Below, one piece after another: positions 62,657 through 64,000 of a stretch of 64,000 bases of DNA. The notes below the pieces were generated by a model. It had not been told where the DNA came from, made no database searches, and was given only the letters and a program-made list of their open reading frames with translations. The stretch's first letter is position 1. Every line of letters begins with the position of its first letter. A program made the position numbers and the translations under genes. Source of the DNA: a bacterium. Its GTDB lineage: Bacteria; Desulfobacterota; Binatia; HRBIN30; CADEER01. The DNA lies in NCBI GenBank assembly GCA_019637795.1, contig JAHBUY010000007.1, positions 150,286 through 214,285 on the forward strand, in the 5' to 3' direction.

Positions 62657-64000
62657 TGTCGCTGACACTTTGAAAAGTCCGGGTCATTAGCTTTGAAGAA
62701 TGTCCGCTGTTCGTGGATGCCATTCAGGCCCGCGGAAGGGACGCGGGGCGGCCTGGGGCGGTGGGGGTGCGCCGGGGTGGGCGGTGCGGGCCGGAACCGA
62801 GCCGGGCACCGCGGCGGGGGGTGGCGGCGCGCGGCGGCGGGGTGGCGAGCGCGGTGCCGTCGGGTTCGTAGCGCGCGAGGAGCCGGCCTTGGTAACTCAC
62901 CCCGAAGCGCCCATCGGGAAACTCGTGCACCAGCACCGGGCAGCGGACGTAGTGCGCTCGGTCGCCGGTGCGCGGGAGTTGGAGGGCGAGGCGCCGGAAC
63001 GACACGGTGCTGTCGTTTTGCACCGTGCGCGCATGCTGTACGGACAGCAGCAACTCGAGATCGACTCCGACCACCGGAATGAAGGCACTGCCGGTCTGCG
63101 CCGGGGCGACGGTGAAGCGGGCGTTGAAGTCGGGGACGAACACCTCGGCCAGATAGCGATTGGCCGCCGCATAGCTGGTGATGCCGGCGTGGCGGAGCTC
63201 GGCCGGCAAGCGGCCCTGCACCGTCCCGAAGGCGCGCTCACTGCGGCCGCGCGCTTGCGGGGAGTAGGCGAGAATCTGCCGAATGCCGAGCACCTTCAGG
63301 GCCCGGCTCACCTCGCCCTGATGCTCCGTGGTGGCGCCGCCCCCGGCCGTGGGCGTATGGCAGAAGTGGCTGCCGCGGTCGGTGTAGAGCTCGGCGAAGC
63401 GGCCATAGGTGCGCAGGATGTGCGCCACGGCCGCGAAGGTGGATGCGGTCCCCTCTTCGGGCACGAACGCGGCGTAGAGCATCCGGCTGTCGGCATCGTC
63501 GAGCGCCACCACCAGATCCTGCGGCGGCAGCCCGGGCAGCCAGTCGTGCCGCGACGCATCCAAGTGCACCATCTGCCCGCGCAGCGCCCGCCGCTCACGG
63601 CGCCGCCGATACCTCCCCCGCGCCCCCCCTGTCGGGGCCAACCCGGCGGCCTGCAACGTCAGCTTCGTCCACGTGTACGACACCGCCACGCCGTGCCTCG
63701 CGCTCAGCTGCTCCCAGAAGTGCTGGACGCTGTAGTCCGGGTATTCCTCGCGCTTGAGCCGACAGATCTCCTCCAGCGTGGCCACTGCAATGCGCTGCCG
63801 CCGCGGCGTGCGCCCGCGCTGGTCGAGCACCGCATCGAATCCCCGGCGCTCCACCTCGCGCTTGAGCCGCCGCATCTGGCGCGCGCTCATGCCGCAGATA
63901 TCGGCTGCTTGCACCCACGTGAGCTCCCGCGCGATCGCTCGCAGGATCACTTCGCGTCTGGTCATCGCCTTCACCTCTCTCGCCACCGCTCGCTCCAGGG
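62657..64000 (-). mobile_element. Insertion sequence (ISNCY/IS481-like); left end outside window
   Basis: Terminus TGTCGCTGACAC with subterminal repeats CTTTGAA...GTCCG x2 (62668, 62691) downstream of the transposase. Confidence 0.75.
62724..63965 (-). CDS. DDE transposase (ISNCY family type)
   Basis: N-terminal HTH (AADICGMSARQMRRL), HLDASRHDW, DDA, LYTDRGSHF, SPQARGRSER.FGT.QGRL. Confidence 0.92.
   Translation of the reverse strand: MTRREVILRAIARELTWVQAADICGMSARQMRRLKREVERRGFDAVLDQRGRTPRRQRIAVATLEEICRLKREEYPDYSVQHFWEQLSARHGVAVSYTWTKLTLQAAGLAPTGGARGRYRRRRERRALRGQMVHLDASRHDWLPGLPPQDLVVALDDADSRMLYAAFVPEEGTASTFAAVAHILRTYGRFAELYTDRGSHFCHTPTAGGGATTEHQGEVSRALKVLGIRQILAYSPQARGRSERAFGTVQGRLPAELRHAGITSYAAANRYLAEVFVPDFNARFTVAPAQTGSAFIPVVGVDLELLLSVQHARTVQNDSTVSFRRLALQLPRTGDRAHYVRCPVLVHEFPDGRFGVSYQGRLLARYEPDGTALATPPPRAATPRRGARLGSGPHRPPRRTPTAPGRPASLPRA

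Overview
High-GC bacterial chromosome segment. The repeated 'CxGDC..DG.V.(I/V)NEL...VNIALG' dockerin-like modules suggest Candidatus Binatia/Binatota, which is an inference. The backbone carries housekeeping genes: pyrR-pyrB-pyrC-carA-carB with a PyrR attenuator, recG, hom, glpX, dgt, dtd, trmL, a split B12 acyl-CoA mutase with meaB, a MoxR/VWA pair and four tRNAs. The main accessory feature is a ~12.4 kb element integrated in tRNA-Arg(CCT), bounded by a 16-bp core repeat at 11588-11603 and 23995-24010. It encodes a tyrosine integrase, Xis-like HTH, SF2 helicase, Prim-Pol, D5/P4 helicase, an iteron-type origin and TerS/TerL-like proteins, but no recognisable capsid, portal or tail. It therefore looks like a phage satellite with an unusual layout. 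Features read directly from the sequence: (i) integration swapped the tRNA 3' half for a diverged but still folding T-arm; (ii) four copies of ATAC-GGC-GTAT sit at module boundaries; (iii) an exact 18-bp copy of the putative integrase arm site lies inverted in the middle of the element, just upstream of terS; (iv) an XRE repressor is fused to an HPD-containing J-domain fragment. An ISNCY/IS481-like transposase lies at the right edge. All functional calls come from motif recognition by eye; no database searches were run.
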